Of a stretch of DNA of 61,999 bases, positions 36,505-47,097 are shown one piece after another. This DNA comes from an uncultured Azospirillum sp. GTDB lineage: Bacteria > Pseudomonadota > Alphaproteobacteria > RF32 > CAG-239. Position 1 is the first letter of the stretch, and every line of letters begins with the position of its first letter. Under the pieces are notes generated by a model. The model did not search any database. It was given only the letters and a program-made list of their open reading frames with translations, and was not told the origin of the DNA. The position numbers and the translations under genes were made by a program. The DNA lies in NCBI GenBank assembly GCA_900542055.1, contig UQMA01000005.1:1-61999 (forward strand), in the 5' to 3' direction.

Positions 36505-37146
36505 ATGGTTGTTTCAAAAATTTTAACACTGGCTGCTCTTTCCGCCATAATGGCAATTTCAGCAAAAGCCAATGACAGCGGAAGATATACCCGCAAAGCT
36601 GTACGCCCGAGTTTTTTTGTACCCGATAATGAATTTAACAAACAAGAGCATTTACCTGCTTTCCCGACAATTGATAATGGTACAATAAAAGTAAGCAGCG
36701 ATGGACAAATTATGATAAAAAATGAAAATGAACCCGTTGCTTACAAAACGACAGCCACACAACAGAACAAATTAAAAAACAAAAAAAACAAAGAGGTTCA
36801 TCTCCCCTCATTTGCAAGCAAATTGCGCAAACAAGAAAATAAATCCGCTGTCAATGAAGAGATTTATGACGATAATGACGAATTTAACGAAAACGCTTCT
36901 GAACAAAATTCAGATAATATCATAAACAACACTCCCATCAGTGTTAAAGCTCCCGTTAAAAAAACTTATACTGCTGAAGACGGATTAGGAAATGCCTTAA
37001 GTTCAGATGCCGCTTATTTGGCTAAAGAAAAAGCTTATGAGGAAGATTTAAGAGCTATGGCTAAAACCGGTTCCATGCCGGAAAACAGCAATCTGAATGC
37101 TGATTTGCAAAAAATGGATAGCGACATATCTTTCAGTGTTGATTAA
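36505..37146 (+). CDS. secreted low-complexity (N/K/E-rich) protein
   Basis: ATG at 36505 (or 36487) gives signal peptide ILTLAALSAIMAISAKA. No known domain. Confidence 0.5.
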   Translation: MVVSKILTLAALSAIMAISAKANDSGRYTRKAVRPSFFVPDNEFNKQEHLPAFPTIDNGTIKVSSDGQIMIKNENEPVAYKTTATQQNKLKNKKNKEVHLPSFASKLRKQENKSAVNEEIYDDNDEFNENASEQNSDNIINNTPISVKAPVKKTYTAEDGLGNALSSDAAYLAKEKAYEEDLRAMAKTGSMPENSNLNADLQKMDSDISFSVD

Positions 37147-37151
37147 TTAAT

Positions 37152-37183
37152 AAAAAAACCTCTGACAAATCAGAGGTTTTTTT
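37152..37183. terminator. bidirectional terminator
   Basis: AACCTCTGA-caaa-TCAGAGGTT flanked by A7 and T7. Confidence 0.85.
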
Positions 37184-37200
37184 ATTATAAACATTGCTAA

Positions 37201-38277
<1,077 letters not shown>

Positions 38278-38314
38278 TTAGTTATTTTTTATAACATTAC
38301 AGAAATTTGTGCAA

Positions 38315-39268
38315 TCATTTATATTGTTTTTTCACATCATTTATAAAATTACTTTGACCATTATAACATTCGCAAAAAGTTAAATCTGCTTTGAATTTAT
38401 TACGAAACCAGGTCAATTGGCGTTTGGCATATTGTCTGGTATGCAATTTTGACAACTCTGCAGCTTCTTCAAAAGAAACAGCTCCTTCAATTGCCGCCAT
38501 CAATTCAGGAACGCCTTTAGCCCGCATAGCCGGTAAATTAACAGGCAAATCGCGGCTTATCAAATATTTAACCTCTTCAACTGCCCCTTGCATCAACATT
38601 TGTCCAAAGCGCATATCGCAACGAAAATCCAGCTCTTTTTTAGCGGGAAGCAAAGCTATGGTTAAGAAATCAGCTTCTGGGATTTTTTGCACCATGGGTT
38701 CTTTATACCATTCGGCGATAGAACGTCCGGTTGAACGCCAAATTTCATAAGCGCGGCGCACACGGGTCGCATCCATGGGATTTAACATTGCAGCGCCTTG
38801 AGGATCTTGGATTTGCAAGCAGTCATATAAAGCCTGCTGTCCGTTTTGTTCGGCAAAAGCCGCAACTTCTGCCCTTATTTTAGAATCTACTTCCGGAATC
38901 GGGGTCGTGCCGTTTATTAAATTATCCAAATACAAACCGCCGCCGCCGACGACAATCGGCGTTTTTTTTCGACTCCACACTTCCCGTATGGTTTGAACCG
39001 CTTGTTCAAGCCAAAGGCAAACATTACCATTAACGCTAACATCAAGATATTCATACAAACGATGTTCAACTTTGGCATAATCTTTAGCGGATGGAGCCGC
39101 CGAAATAACCGGTATTCCCTTATAAACCTGACTGGCATCGGCATTTATCACCACACCGTTCAGAGCCACAGCCAAATCAATGGCCAAACCTGATTTGCCG
39201 GATGCGGTCGGACCGCCTATAACAATTACATTTTTCGGCACGCTGCTTCCTCTACCAAAATTCTGCAA
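38315..39268 (-). CDS. miaA: tRNA dimethylallyltransferase MiaA
   Basis: GPTASGKS P-loop and QRTWFR-like QLTWFRNK. The start may be internal, because the 5' end overlaps ddl. Confidence 0.88.
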   Translation of the reverse strand: MQNFGRGSSVPKNVIVIGGPTASGKSGLAIDLAVALNGVVINADASQVYKGIPVISAAPSAKDYAKVEHRLYEYLDVSVNGNVCLWLEQAVQTIREVWSRKKTPIVVGGGGLYLDNLINGTTPIPEVDSKIRAEVAAFAEQNGQQALYDCLQIQDPQGAAMLNPMDATRVRRAYEIWRSTGRSIAEWYKEPMVQKIPEADFLTIALLPAKKELDFRCDMRFGQMLMQGAVEEVKYLISRDLPVNLPAMRAKGVPELMAAIEGAVSFEEAAELSKLHTRQYAKRQLTWFRNKFKADLTFCECYNGQSNFINDVKKQYK

Positions 39269-40134
39269 AGTTTTCCGTAAGTGCCGCCGGCATGAGCATA
39301 TTGTTCAGGCACCAATGAAAGCGGTGTCATCCCAGGAGCCGTATTAATTTCAAGCAAAACAACTCCGTCTTTTTCGTTATAGCGCATATCGCTGCGTGAC
39401 AAGGTTTGACAGCCGAGAGCTTCATGTAATTTTTCGGCATATTTCAATGCGGTTTGAAAAGCTTTTTGAGGAATTTGCGCCGGTATAATATGGTCTGTCG
39501 CCCCATCAGTATATTTGGCTTGATAATCATAAAAACCTTTTTTTGGACGCATTTCTGTAACTGTTATGGCTTTTCCACGCAAAACAGCCACTGTCAATTC
39601 CTGCCCTTCAATATATTTTTCAATTAAAATTTCGCTGTTTTCATCATCAAATTTTACTTTTTTTAAATCTTCAGCATCATTGATAATATAAACGCCGACG
39701 CTGGAACCGTCGCTTACCGGCTTTATAACATACGGCATAGCAATTTCAGTGCCTTTATCCACAAAATTTTTATACGATATTTTTTCTCCGTCCGGAACTT
39801 TTATACCTATAGAACGGCAAACCAGTTTGGTTAAGTTTTTATCCATGCCGATTGCCGAAGCTCTTAAACCGGAATGAGTATATGGAATTTGCAACATATC
39901 CAACAACCCCTGAATTTCGCCGTCTTCCCCCCAATTTCCATGCAAAGCGTTGAAAACCACATCGGGTTTTTCTTTTAATAAAACTTCCACAAATTTGCCG
40001 GCATCTGTCAAATCATGGCTTACAACTTCATAACCTTCCTGCTGCAAAGCTTTAACTATTTCTCTGCCGCCGGTAAGGCTTACATTCCGTTCGGCGGAAA
40101 AGCCGCCCATAACTACCAAAACTTTCTTTGACAT
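39226..40134 (-). CDS. ddl: D-alanine--D-alanine ligase
   Basis: ATG at 40134 (MSKKVLVVMGGFSAERNVSL). ATP-grasp motifs. The ORF-track N-terminal extension is rejected. Confidence 0.9.
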   Translation of the reverse strand: MSKKVLVVMGGFSAERNVSLTGGREIVKALQQEGYEVVSHDLTDAGKFVEVLLKEKPDVVFNALHGNWGEDGEIQGLLDMLQIPYTHSGLRASAIGMDKNLTKLVCRSIGIKVPDGEKISYKNFVDKGTEIAMPYVIKPVSDGSSVGVYIINDAEDLKKVKFDDENSEILIEKYIEGQELTVAVLRGKAITVTEMRPKKGFYDYQAKYTDGATDHIIPAQIPQKAFQTALKYAEKLHEALGCQTLSRSDMRYNEKDGVVLLEINTAPGMTPLSLVPEQYAHAGGTYGKLCRILVEEAACRKM

Positions 40135-40195
40135 TTGCGCAAATTCCTTATAATAACTTAATTCTGGTTGGCAATTTAGCAAAATTTTTTTGAGA

Positions 40196-40990
40196 ATGAA
40201 AGATATTTTAACAAAAAAAGCCTTATTGGTGTTGTTCTTCTGTTTTTTCGGCATACAATCCGCAAAAGCTTTATCTGTGAAACATCATTTCACTGCCGTT
40301 GTCGGGCCTTTCAATGCAAGCACAGCAGATTTCAAATATGAATTGAACAATACATTTTATGCTGTACATTCAAACATCTACACTCATGGATTGTTTGATA
40401 CGCTTTATCCTTTTTCCGCTCATTATGCCACAACCGGTTCTTCGAAAAATAACAAATTTAAAACCGACACATACAGCTATAAATCAAAATCGCGTTTTTC
40501 AACCCGAACCAAAGAAGTTATTTACAGTTCCAACGGCGTTCCTTTGCAAATCATAAGCAGTAAAAACGGACGCGAAAAAGTAAAAGAAATAAAAAATAAA
40601 GAAAATATAACTGATACAACCGACTTGCAGACCGTAGTCGCCAAAATTGTCCGACAGTATCACAAAACCAAAAATTGCAATGCCAAGATGAAAGTTTTTG
40701 ACGGTAAAAGACGATTTGATGTTATATTTAAGGATTTGGGCTCTGATGAAATTGGCCAAGATGAAAAATCTCCCTATTTTGGAAAAGCTGTTAAATGTTC
40801 AATGTATATTGACAAGCTTAAAGAAGAAGGCGATGATTTACTGTGGAAAATGACTTCGGAAAGTCCGGTTTATTTTTGGATTATGCAGGACAATACCCGC
40901 AAAGCTCCGTTTATAGCCCGAATTTCGGTTGAAAAAACGCCGCTTGGTGAAATGAATGTTTATACTACAAAAATTGAGGTGAGCGAATAA
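40196..40990 (+). CDS. DUF3108-like secreted protein
   Basis: Signal peptide. Beta-rich sequence with YKSKSRFSTR...KVFDGKRRFDV, reminiscent of DUF3108. Confidence 0.5.
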   Translation: MKDILTKKALLVLFFCFFGIQSAKALSVKHHFTAVVGPFNASTADFKYELNNTFYAVHSNIYTHGLFDTLYPFSAHYATTGSSKNNKFKTDTYSYKSKSRFSTRTKEVIYSSNGVPLQIISSKNGREKVKEIKNKENITDTTDLQTVVAKIVRQYHKTKNCNAKMKVFDGKRRFDVIFKDLGSDEIGQDEKSPYFGKAVKCSMYIDKLKEEGDDLLWKMTSESPVYFWIMQDNTRKAPFIARISVEKTPLGEMNVYTTKIEVSE

Positions 40991-42378
40991 TGAAATCAGA
41001 ATTATTACTGCCAGCAGGTTCGCTGGTAAAATTAAAAACAGCAATTCTTTACGGAGCCGATGCCGTTTATGCCGGAACGCCGGATATGAGCCTGCGTACA
41101 CAATCAAAATTTTCACTCGAAGACATAAAAGAAGGCATTGATTTTGCTCACAGCCATGGCAAAAAAATTTATTTAACGCTGAATTTATATACCCACAACA
41201 GCGATGTAGCAAAATTGCCGCACTTTATTGACACCCTGCGTGAACTTAAACCAGATGGTGTTTTGGTTGCCGACCCCGGAGTATTTTTATATTTAAAAGA
41301 ACACGCTCCTGAACTGAAGCGCTTTGTTTCAACTCAAGCTAATATCTGTTCTTATCAAACAGTTAAATTCTGGCAAAGTCTGGGGGCTGATTTGTGCGTT
41401 TTGGGACGTGAAGTTTCTTATGAAGAAATGAAAGAAATTCGTCAAAAATGTCCTGATATGGCACTGGAAACTTTTATTCACGGCGCAATGTGCATGTCTT
41501 ATTCGGGAAGATGTCTTATTTCAAATTTTTTAGCAGATAGAAGCGCTAATCAGGGAAAATGCGCCCACTGCTGCCGTTGGCATTATCAATTGCATATACG
41601 CCTTAAAGACGGAACGGTAAAAGATTTAGAAATAAACGAACAAAATAAAAATATGTTTGAATATTTGCTCAAAGAAGATTTTCGCCCTGGGGAACTTTAT
41701 GAAGTTGTAGAAGATGAACACGGCGGGTATATATTAAATTCAAAAGATTTATGCATGATGCCGAGGTTAGATAAAATTTTGGATTTGGGATTACACTCGC
41801 TCAAAATCGAAGGCCGCAACAAAACAGAATATTATGCAGCAATCACAGCCCGCAGCTACCGTCAGGCTATCGACGATTATTATCAAAATCCTCAAAATTG
41901 GAATAGCGAAAAATATATGGCGGAATTAAATACTTTACAAAACCGCGGATATTGTCTTGGTTTTTATGAAGGACATCTAACTAATATCAGCCAAAATTAT
42001 GAATATACCCGCACTTTGGGAGATTGGCTCTTTGCAGGTTCTATTGTTAAGTGGGACGGCGATGACGCAATTTTTGAAATTCGCAATTTTATAAACAGCA
42101 ATGAAGAATTTGAATTTTTAATTCCGAATAGTTTAGAAGTTATCAAATTAAAATTAAGCGAATTTGAAGATGCTGAAAGCGGCGAAATAACCCCAAAGGT
42201 TTCCGCTGGTCAGGAAAAGAAAATAAGACTGCGCCCGACTGTTTGGAATAAGCCTATTGCCGAAATTAAAAAATTATTGCCTCAATATGTTATTGCCCGC
42301 AAATTTATGCCCTTATCCGGCGAAAATGCAGCAATGCTGCAGCATAAAAAAGACGAATTTGAAATTATCTGCAAGTAA
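40990..42378 (+). CDS. U32-family peptidase-like protein (RlhA/TrhP-type)
   Basis: ELLLPAGSLVKLKTAILYGADAVYAG, cysteine cluster MCMSYSGRCLISN...CAHCCRW, SLKIEGR. Confidence 0.85.
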   Translation: MKSELLLPAGSLVKLKTAILYGADAVYAGTPDMSLRTQSKFSLEDIKEGIDFAHSHGKKIYLTLNLYTHNSDVAKLPHFIDTLRELKPDGVLVADPGVFLYLKEHAPELKRFVSTQANICSYQTVKFWQSLGADLCVLGREVSYEEMKEIRQKCPDMALETFIHGAMCMSYSGRCLISNFLADRSANQGKCAHCCRWHYQLHIRLKDGTVKDLEINEQNKNMFEYLLKEDFRPGELYEVVEDEHGGYILNSKDLCMMPRLDKILDLGLHSLKIEGRNKTEYYAAITARSYRQAIDDYYQNPQNWNSEKYMAELNTLQNRGYCLGFYEGHLTNISQNYEYTRTLGDWLFAGSIVKWDGDDAIFEIRNFINSNEEFEFLIPNSLEVIKLKLSEFEDAESGEITPKVSAGQEKKIRLRPTVWNKPIAEIKKLLPQYVIARKFMPLSGENAAMLQHKKDEFEIICK

Positions 42379-42386
42379 GGAAAAAG

Positions 42387-42674
42387 CTAGGCGCGGCGGA
42401 AAATGCCTTCTTCAATAGGAGGCAAAAATCCGCTGCGCCGTCCGACTATAAATTCCACACTGTCAACACGGGATAAGGCTGGTCCTTTATGGCATGAAAT
42501 AAGCATTTCATCAATTTTATCATCTTCTCCGCTCATTAAAATTTCAACGCTGCCATCGGCTTCATTGCGCACCCAGCCTGAAATTCCGCCGATACGTTTT
42601 GCTTCATGCACGGCAAACCAACGAAACCCTATTCCCTGTACACGTCCTTTAATTTTTATATAGACTTCTTTCAT
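42387..42674 (-). CDS. acyP: acylphosphatase
   Basis: IKGRVQGIGFRWF and GWVRNEADGSVE. Confidence 0.88.
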   Translation of the reverse strand: MKEVYIKIKGRVQGIGFRWFAVHEAKRIGGISGWVRNEADGSVEILMSGEDDKIDEMLISCHKGPALSRVDSVEFIVGRRSGFLPPIEEGIFRRA

Positions 42675-43171
42675 TTTCTTAAAAAATTTTCAATAGCTGA
42701 AAGTTCGTTTTTCATATTCTGCCGGCGTTCTTCAGCTATTTCATCGTGTCCCCAGCGGTCTGCCTGACTGAGTTCTTCCAAATAAGCAGCATCAAATGCC
42801 TGTGCGGCGTTGATGTGGCCTTTTACCAAAGCTGCTGCTAAAAGTTCTGATTTCATATTCATTGAAGCCAAATAAAAAGCAGCCAATTCTTTATCGCTCA
42901 TACCTTCCATAAAATGACGCAAACCAGTTAGACTGTTTTTATCAAGTTCTTTCACTTCAAACTTGTCCGTTGACGTATATCCAGCATTAAGGGTTTGATT
43001 GGCCCACTTCAGCACCGGAGCCCACAGTTGTTCCTGTTTTTCGGCAACCAAAGCATCTGTGTCCCAAAACAGCAATGAATCTGTTTTGGAAAATTGTACC
43101 AATTTCGAAATTATATCATCGCGGTGTTGTTCAATTTCGCACACTGCCTGTTCAAGTTTTTCTTTAGTCAT
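42671..43171 (-). CDS. ATP12-family F1-ATPase assembly chaperone-like protein (short form)
   Basis: Resembles the C-terminal two-thirds of ATP12 (WAPVLKW..., KSELLAAALVKGHINAAQAFDAAYLEELSQADRWGHDEIAEERR). Confidence 0.6.
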   Translation of the reverse strand: MTKEKLEQAVCEIEQHRDDIISKLVQFSKTDSLLFWDTDALVAEKQEQLWAPVLKWANQTLNAGYTSTDKFEVKELDKNSLTGLRHFMEGMSDKELAAFYLASMNMKSELLAAALVKGHINAAQAFDAAYLEELSQADRWGHDEIAEERRQNMKNELSAIENFLRK

Positions 43172-43216
43172 TATTGCACCTATTTACTTTTTTAACCGGC
43201 GCGGATTTTAGCCTGA

Positions 43217-45346
43217 TTATTTTAAAATGTTCTTAATAAGCCCTTTTGCTGTGTTTTTTATTTCTTTTGCGCTGTCTTTTACCATATCAATGCCGTTACT
43301 TACTGCCTGAGATGCACCTTGATAAGTTTTTTGAGCAGTATTGGCAACGCCTGTCGGTTTTGAAAATTTATTTTTATAGATTGTATTTTCCAAAGCCGTA
43401 TAGCATGGAGCTGTATCTTTATCAAGCAGCATCTGTGCTCCGTTAAGAGCACCGCCGGTTGCAGCAATTCCGGCTATTGTTTTGATCGCCCCGCTTTCAT
43501 CAATAGCTATTTTAGGCGACTGTAAAGTTCCGTTAACTTTTATCAAATTAGATAAAGCATGAACAATACTGACATTTGCAACGCCGCTGCGATAAGCATT
43601 TATATTGAAACTAAGTTTATCATTCCGCAAATTAAGCGTTCCGTTGCTTACCAAATTGAGTTTGTCTGAATCGATAGCTATTCCTTTTGGAAAAGTTATT
43701 TTTCCGTTTTCAAAATCAGCACGGACGACCGCGCATTTCAAGCTTACATTCTTACTTTTTTGAGTATCTATTTTCAAAAGATTGAGTAATTGCGATACAA
43801 AACTGTTAGTCAAAAATTTCAAACTTCCGCTTTGCAATTCTGATTTATCAACAATAGCAATGACTTGTCCGTTCAGATTGTCGGCCACGTCACGCAGCGT
43901 TGAACCGCTGCCATTCAAATCAATATAAGTTTGAGTGCTGCCGCCGGAAAGAAAACCAAAGTCATATTCATTTTCAACTAAAAATTCACGATGAATATCG
44001 TTCATCAATATCCCATCTGTCGTTCCTTTGATTGCAATGCTGTGAGAAGCGGCCGACACCACAGCCGTTAAACTTGCTTTTCCTTGCCCTAAATTAAAAT
44101 CAAATGGTTTAATATTCAGCATGCCATCGTTTAAATTTGCTTGCAAATTAATATTTGCTAACGACAAATCAGAATCAACGACCAATCGTTTTAATTTCAA
44201 CGAAATTTTTGCATTAACCATTTTCAGTAAATCATAAGGAATAACTTCTGGCGGAATAATGGCACTTGCCTGCGCCGACTTGATAAGTTCAATATTAAAG
44301 GCAGTAGGCGAAGAAGAATTTAAACTTTGCAAATCAAATTTATCACCTTCTACATAAGCGGTTATATACGGAATTTTTTCCGATATATTTGCACTTATTT
44401 TGCCTTTTAACAAATTTTTCACAACATTCAAATTTGTTATATCAAGATTAATCTGAGCAAGCGTAGCATTGCCGGTACCGATAAGCGTTGTTTCAGGAGC
44501 ATTCATATTGCCAGCCGGATTATATATATTATAATCAAAAACCGCGCTTAATTTGTCAGATGTCAAATTTTTTATTTTAGCATTCAGCAGAGCTTTTATT
44601 CCTAATGCTTCAGCATCCAATTTTAATGGATATTCGCCCATTCCCGACAAAAGCGCAGACAAAGAACCAAGCTCGCCTTTGCCGTTAAACTCCATTCCGT
44701 TAAAAACTAAGCCCCAACTGACATTCATCGGGCTGTTTATTCCTTCAGTGTTAAAACTGATTTGATTGATATTCAGATTTATTTCTGATTTTGCTTTATG
44801 ATCATAGTATTTAACAATTCCATTTTTTATTGCCACTTCACGCGCTACAAAATCAGACAGAAAATCCGCCATGCTGTCTTTTTCAGCCGCATTTGCCGAT
44901 TTTAACAGCCAACCGCCTTCCGATATGGCTACAGATTTATCACCTGAGCCAAACGAAATATCCCAACTATTTTTTCCATCTTCTGAAGTTTCCAAATATA
45001 TTTGAGGTTCCTTCAAAAGCGCCCTATCGACCACAATTTGTTTAGACAGCAACGGCAATAATGAAAAACGCAATTCGATTGTTTTAATTTTTGCCATCTG
45101 CGGATTTTTTGCCCAAGCAGGATTGGCAAAAGAAATATCATTGATTACAATCGTCGGTATTAATGAAATTCCCAAACTGGCCTCTCCGGCAATTGTTAAT
45201 TTACGTCCGGTTTGTTCATAGACCATATTTTCGGCAAAGGTCTTATACTTGTTTAAATCAAAATTTTTCAGAAAAACATATACAAGAACCGCAATTGCCA
45301 AAATGACAACAAAAACTATCCCAAAAAGCCATTTTAAGAATTTCAT
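43217..45346 (-). CDS. AsmA-family outer-membrane biogenesis protein
   Basis: N-terminal TM, long beta-rich repetitive body, C-terminal AsmA-like region. Confidence 0.7.
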   Translation of the reverse strand: MKFLKWLFGIVFVVILAIAVLVYVFLKNFDLNKYKTFAENMVYEQTGRKLTIAGEASLGISLIPTIVINDISFANPAWAKNPQMAKIKTIELRFSLLPLLSKQIVVDRALLKEPQIYLETSEDGKNSWDISFGSGDKSVAISEGGWLLKSANAAEKDSMADFLSDFVAREVAIKNGIVKYYDHKAKSEINLNINQISFNTEGINSPMNVSWGLVFNGMEFNGKGELGSLSALLSGMGEYPLKLDAEALGIKALLNAKIKNLTSDKLSAVFDYNIYNPAGNMNAPETTLIGTGNATLAQINLDITNLNVVKNLLKGKISANISEKIPYITAYVEGDKFDLQSLNSSSPTAFNIELIKSAQASAIIPPEVIPYDLLKMVNAKISLKLKRLVVDSDLSLANINLQANLNDGMLNIKPFDFNLGQGKASLTAVVSAASHSIAIKGTTDGILMNDIHREFLVENEYDFGFLSGGSTQTYIDLNGSGSTLRDVADNLNGQVIAIVDKSELQSGSLKFLTNSFVSQLLNLLKIDTQKSKNVSLKCAVVRADFENGKITFPKGIAIDSDKLNLVSNGTLNLRNDKLSFNINAYRSGVANVSIVHALSNLIKVNGTLQSPKIAIDESGAIKTIAGIAATGGALNGAQMLLDKDTAPCYTALENTIYKNKFSKPTGVANTAQKTYQGASQAVSNGIDMVKDSAKEIKNTAKGLIKNILK

Positions 45347-45350
45347 TTTT

Positions 45351-46283
45351 CTATCCTTTTAAATTAAGTCCCGCTGTTTTTAAGCTTTCTTCAAAATAAG
45401 CCGGAAGCGGAGCACTGATAACGGTTTTTTTATTATATATAGCCGACAAATCGATTTTGTAGGCATGTAAATGTAATTTATCAGCAAACAGACTGCATTT
45501 GGCACGTGTTTGACCGCCAAAGTACTTATCATCGCCGACTATCGGACAACCTATAGACTCAAGATGAGCTCTGATTTGATGTGTGCGCCCCGAAAGAGGA
45601 CTGGCTTCAATAAGGGCAAATTTTTCACCAACATTATCAATAACTTTATAAAGGGTTTTAGCGCTCTGCCCTTCGGGATTCACCTGCATTTTTTCGCCGA
45701 TTTTCAACAACGGGGCTTTAATTTCGCCTGTTTTTTGATGGGGACAGCCGTTTACCAGCGCCAGATATGTTTTTTGCAATTTATGTTCGCGAAAAGCTTT
45801 AGTCAACATATCCGCTGCTTTGCGATTTCTGGCCAAAAGCAAAACCCCGCTGGTATCTTTATCTATACGGTGCACCAATTTCGGACGTTCTTCTTTTTCA
45901 AAAATCAGCGCGTCAAGCAAACCATCAACATGAAAACGCGTGTTTGTTCCTCCTTGCACAGCCAAACCTGACGGTTTATTTATAGCGATAATGTCATTAT
46001 CTTTATAAATGACCAAACTCTGCATAAACTCAATTTCTTTAGGCAGCAATGTTTTGCTTTTTTCGGGCAAGGCTTCATCATTTTTAAGCGGCGGAATTCT
46101 TATCACTTGTCCGGTTGTTAATTTTAAGGAAGCCTCTGCACGCGCTCCATCCACTTTTATCTGTTTGGTACGCAGCAATTTTTGCAGTCTTCCCATTGTA
46201 ATATTGGGATAATATTTCAAAAACCAGCGGTTAAGGCGCATTCCGTCATCGATTTCTTTAACTTTTACTAAGTCCACAGCCAT
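45351..46283 (-). CDS. rluC: RluA-family pseudouridine synthase (RluC/RluD-like) with S4 domain
   Basis: S4-like N-terminus, HRIDKDTSGVLLLA, GRTHQIRAHL. Confidence 0.88.
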   Translation of the reverse strand: MAVDLVKVKEIDDGMRLNRWFLKYYPNITMGRLQKLLRTKQIKVDGARAEASLKLTTGQVIRIPPLKNDEALPEKSKTLLPKEIEFMQSLVIYKDNDIIAINKPSGLAVQGGTNTRFHVDGLLDALIFEKEERPKLVHRIDKDTSGVLLLARNRKAADMLTKAFREHKLQKTYLALVNGCPHQKTGEIKAPLLKIGEKMQVNPEGQSAKTLYKVIDNVGEKFALIEASPLSGRTHQIRAHLESIGCPIVGDDKYFGGQTRAKCSLFADKLHLHAYKIDLSAIYNKKTVISAPLPAYFEESLKTAGLNLKG

Positions 46284-46287
46284 ATTT

Positions 46288-47097
46288 TCATCCTCTGCTC
46301 ATTTGTTTTTTGAGCAATTCAAGTTGCATAAAATAATCTTCTTTTCCAGCTTTCAGCATTCTGTCTTTCAACTTATCACACCGTTCAATATGTTCTTCCA
46401 TCGGCTTTAATTGTAAGTTTTCTATAAATTTATCAAAATCATCACCGGTTTTGAAAGACGGTTTATCTTTGCCGAATTCATATATTTCAATCGGAAATCC
46501 CAATTCAACCGCCTTTTGCACAAAATCGTCGACCGCACAAGACACATTGCCCGAAACATTAGGCATAACATGCAAAGGATTTCCCTTTGGATAGGGTGCT
46601 CCTTCGTGGCGAAAACGTTTGAACCGAGTAAAAGCATCATCATAATCAGCTTTGCGTTCCGCTACATTCATAGCGGCCTGATATTCGTCAACCAACATAA
46701 CTTTTATATCTGTTTTATACCCTTTATTTTCCATCCACTCAATCATACTCATTGTCTGCTTAATTGCAGAAGTGTCATAGGTAATATTATATTGTTTTTT
46801 GATTGCTTCCGTAATAATTTTTTTATTAACGTTTGAAGCAAATTTGGCTATATCTTTATCGAGAAAATCTTTTTCCCGAACGTCAATATCAAGTTCTTTG
46901 GCATATTCGGCAATAACGTTGTCCGCCGAAATAATCACGCTGTTTTTAATTTTAGCTGCCAGAGTCGACTTTCCCGATCCCGGAGCTCCTACCAATGCCG
47001 TAAAAACTGGCTTTTTGACTGGAGTTTTACCTTCAAAAGCCATTTTTTTCATTTTTTCGAAAAAATAAATTTGTTCATCTTCAGCCAATTCAAGCAT
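46288..47097 (-). CDS. zeta-toxin-like / P-loop kinase family protein
   Basis: Walker A GAPGSGKSTLA followed by IISADNV. Size and layout resemble zeta/AAA_33 kinases. TGATG overlap with rarA. Confidence 0.55.
   Translation of the reverse strand: MLELAEDEQIYFFEKMKKMAFEGKTPVKKPVFTALVGAPGSGKSTLAAKIKNSVIISADNVIAEYAKELDIDVREKDFLDKDIAKFASNVNKKIITEAIKKQYNITYDTSAIKQTMSMIEWMENKGYKTDIKVMLVDEYQAAMNVAERKADYDDAFTRFKRFRHEGAPYPKGNPLHVMPNVSGNVSCAVDDFVQKAVELGFPIEIYEFGKDKPSFKTGDDFDKFIENLQLKPMEEHIERCDKLKDRMLKAGKEDYFMQLELLKKQMSRG

Noticed and set aside
39226-39268. 43-nt overlap between the miaA 5' end and the ddl 3' end as a special feature
   Set aside because: It is more likely a start-codon assignment issue for miaA; the P-loop begins about 20 codons in. 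There is no other signal.
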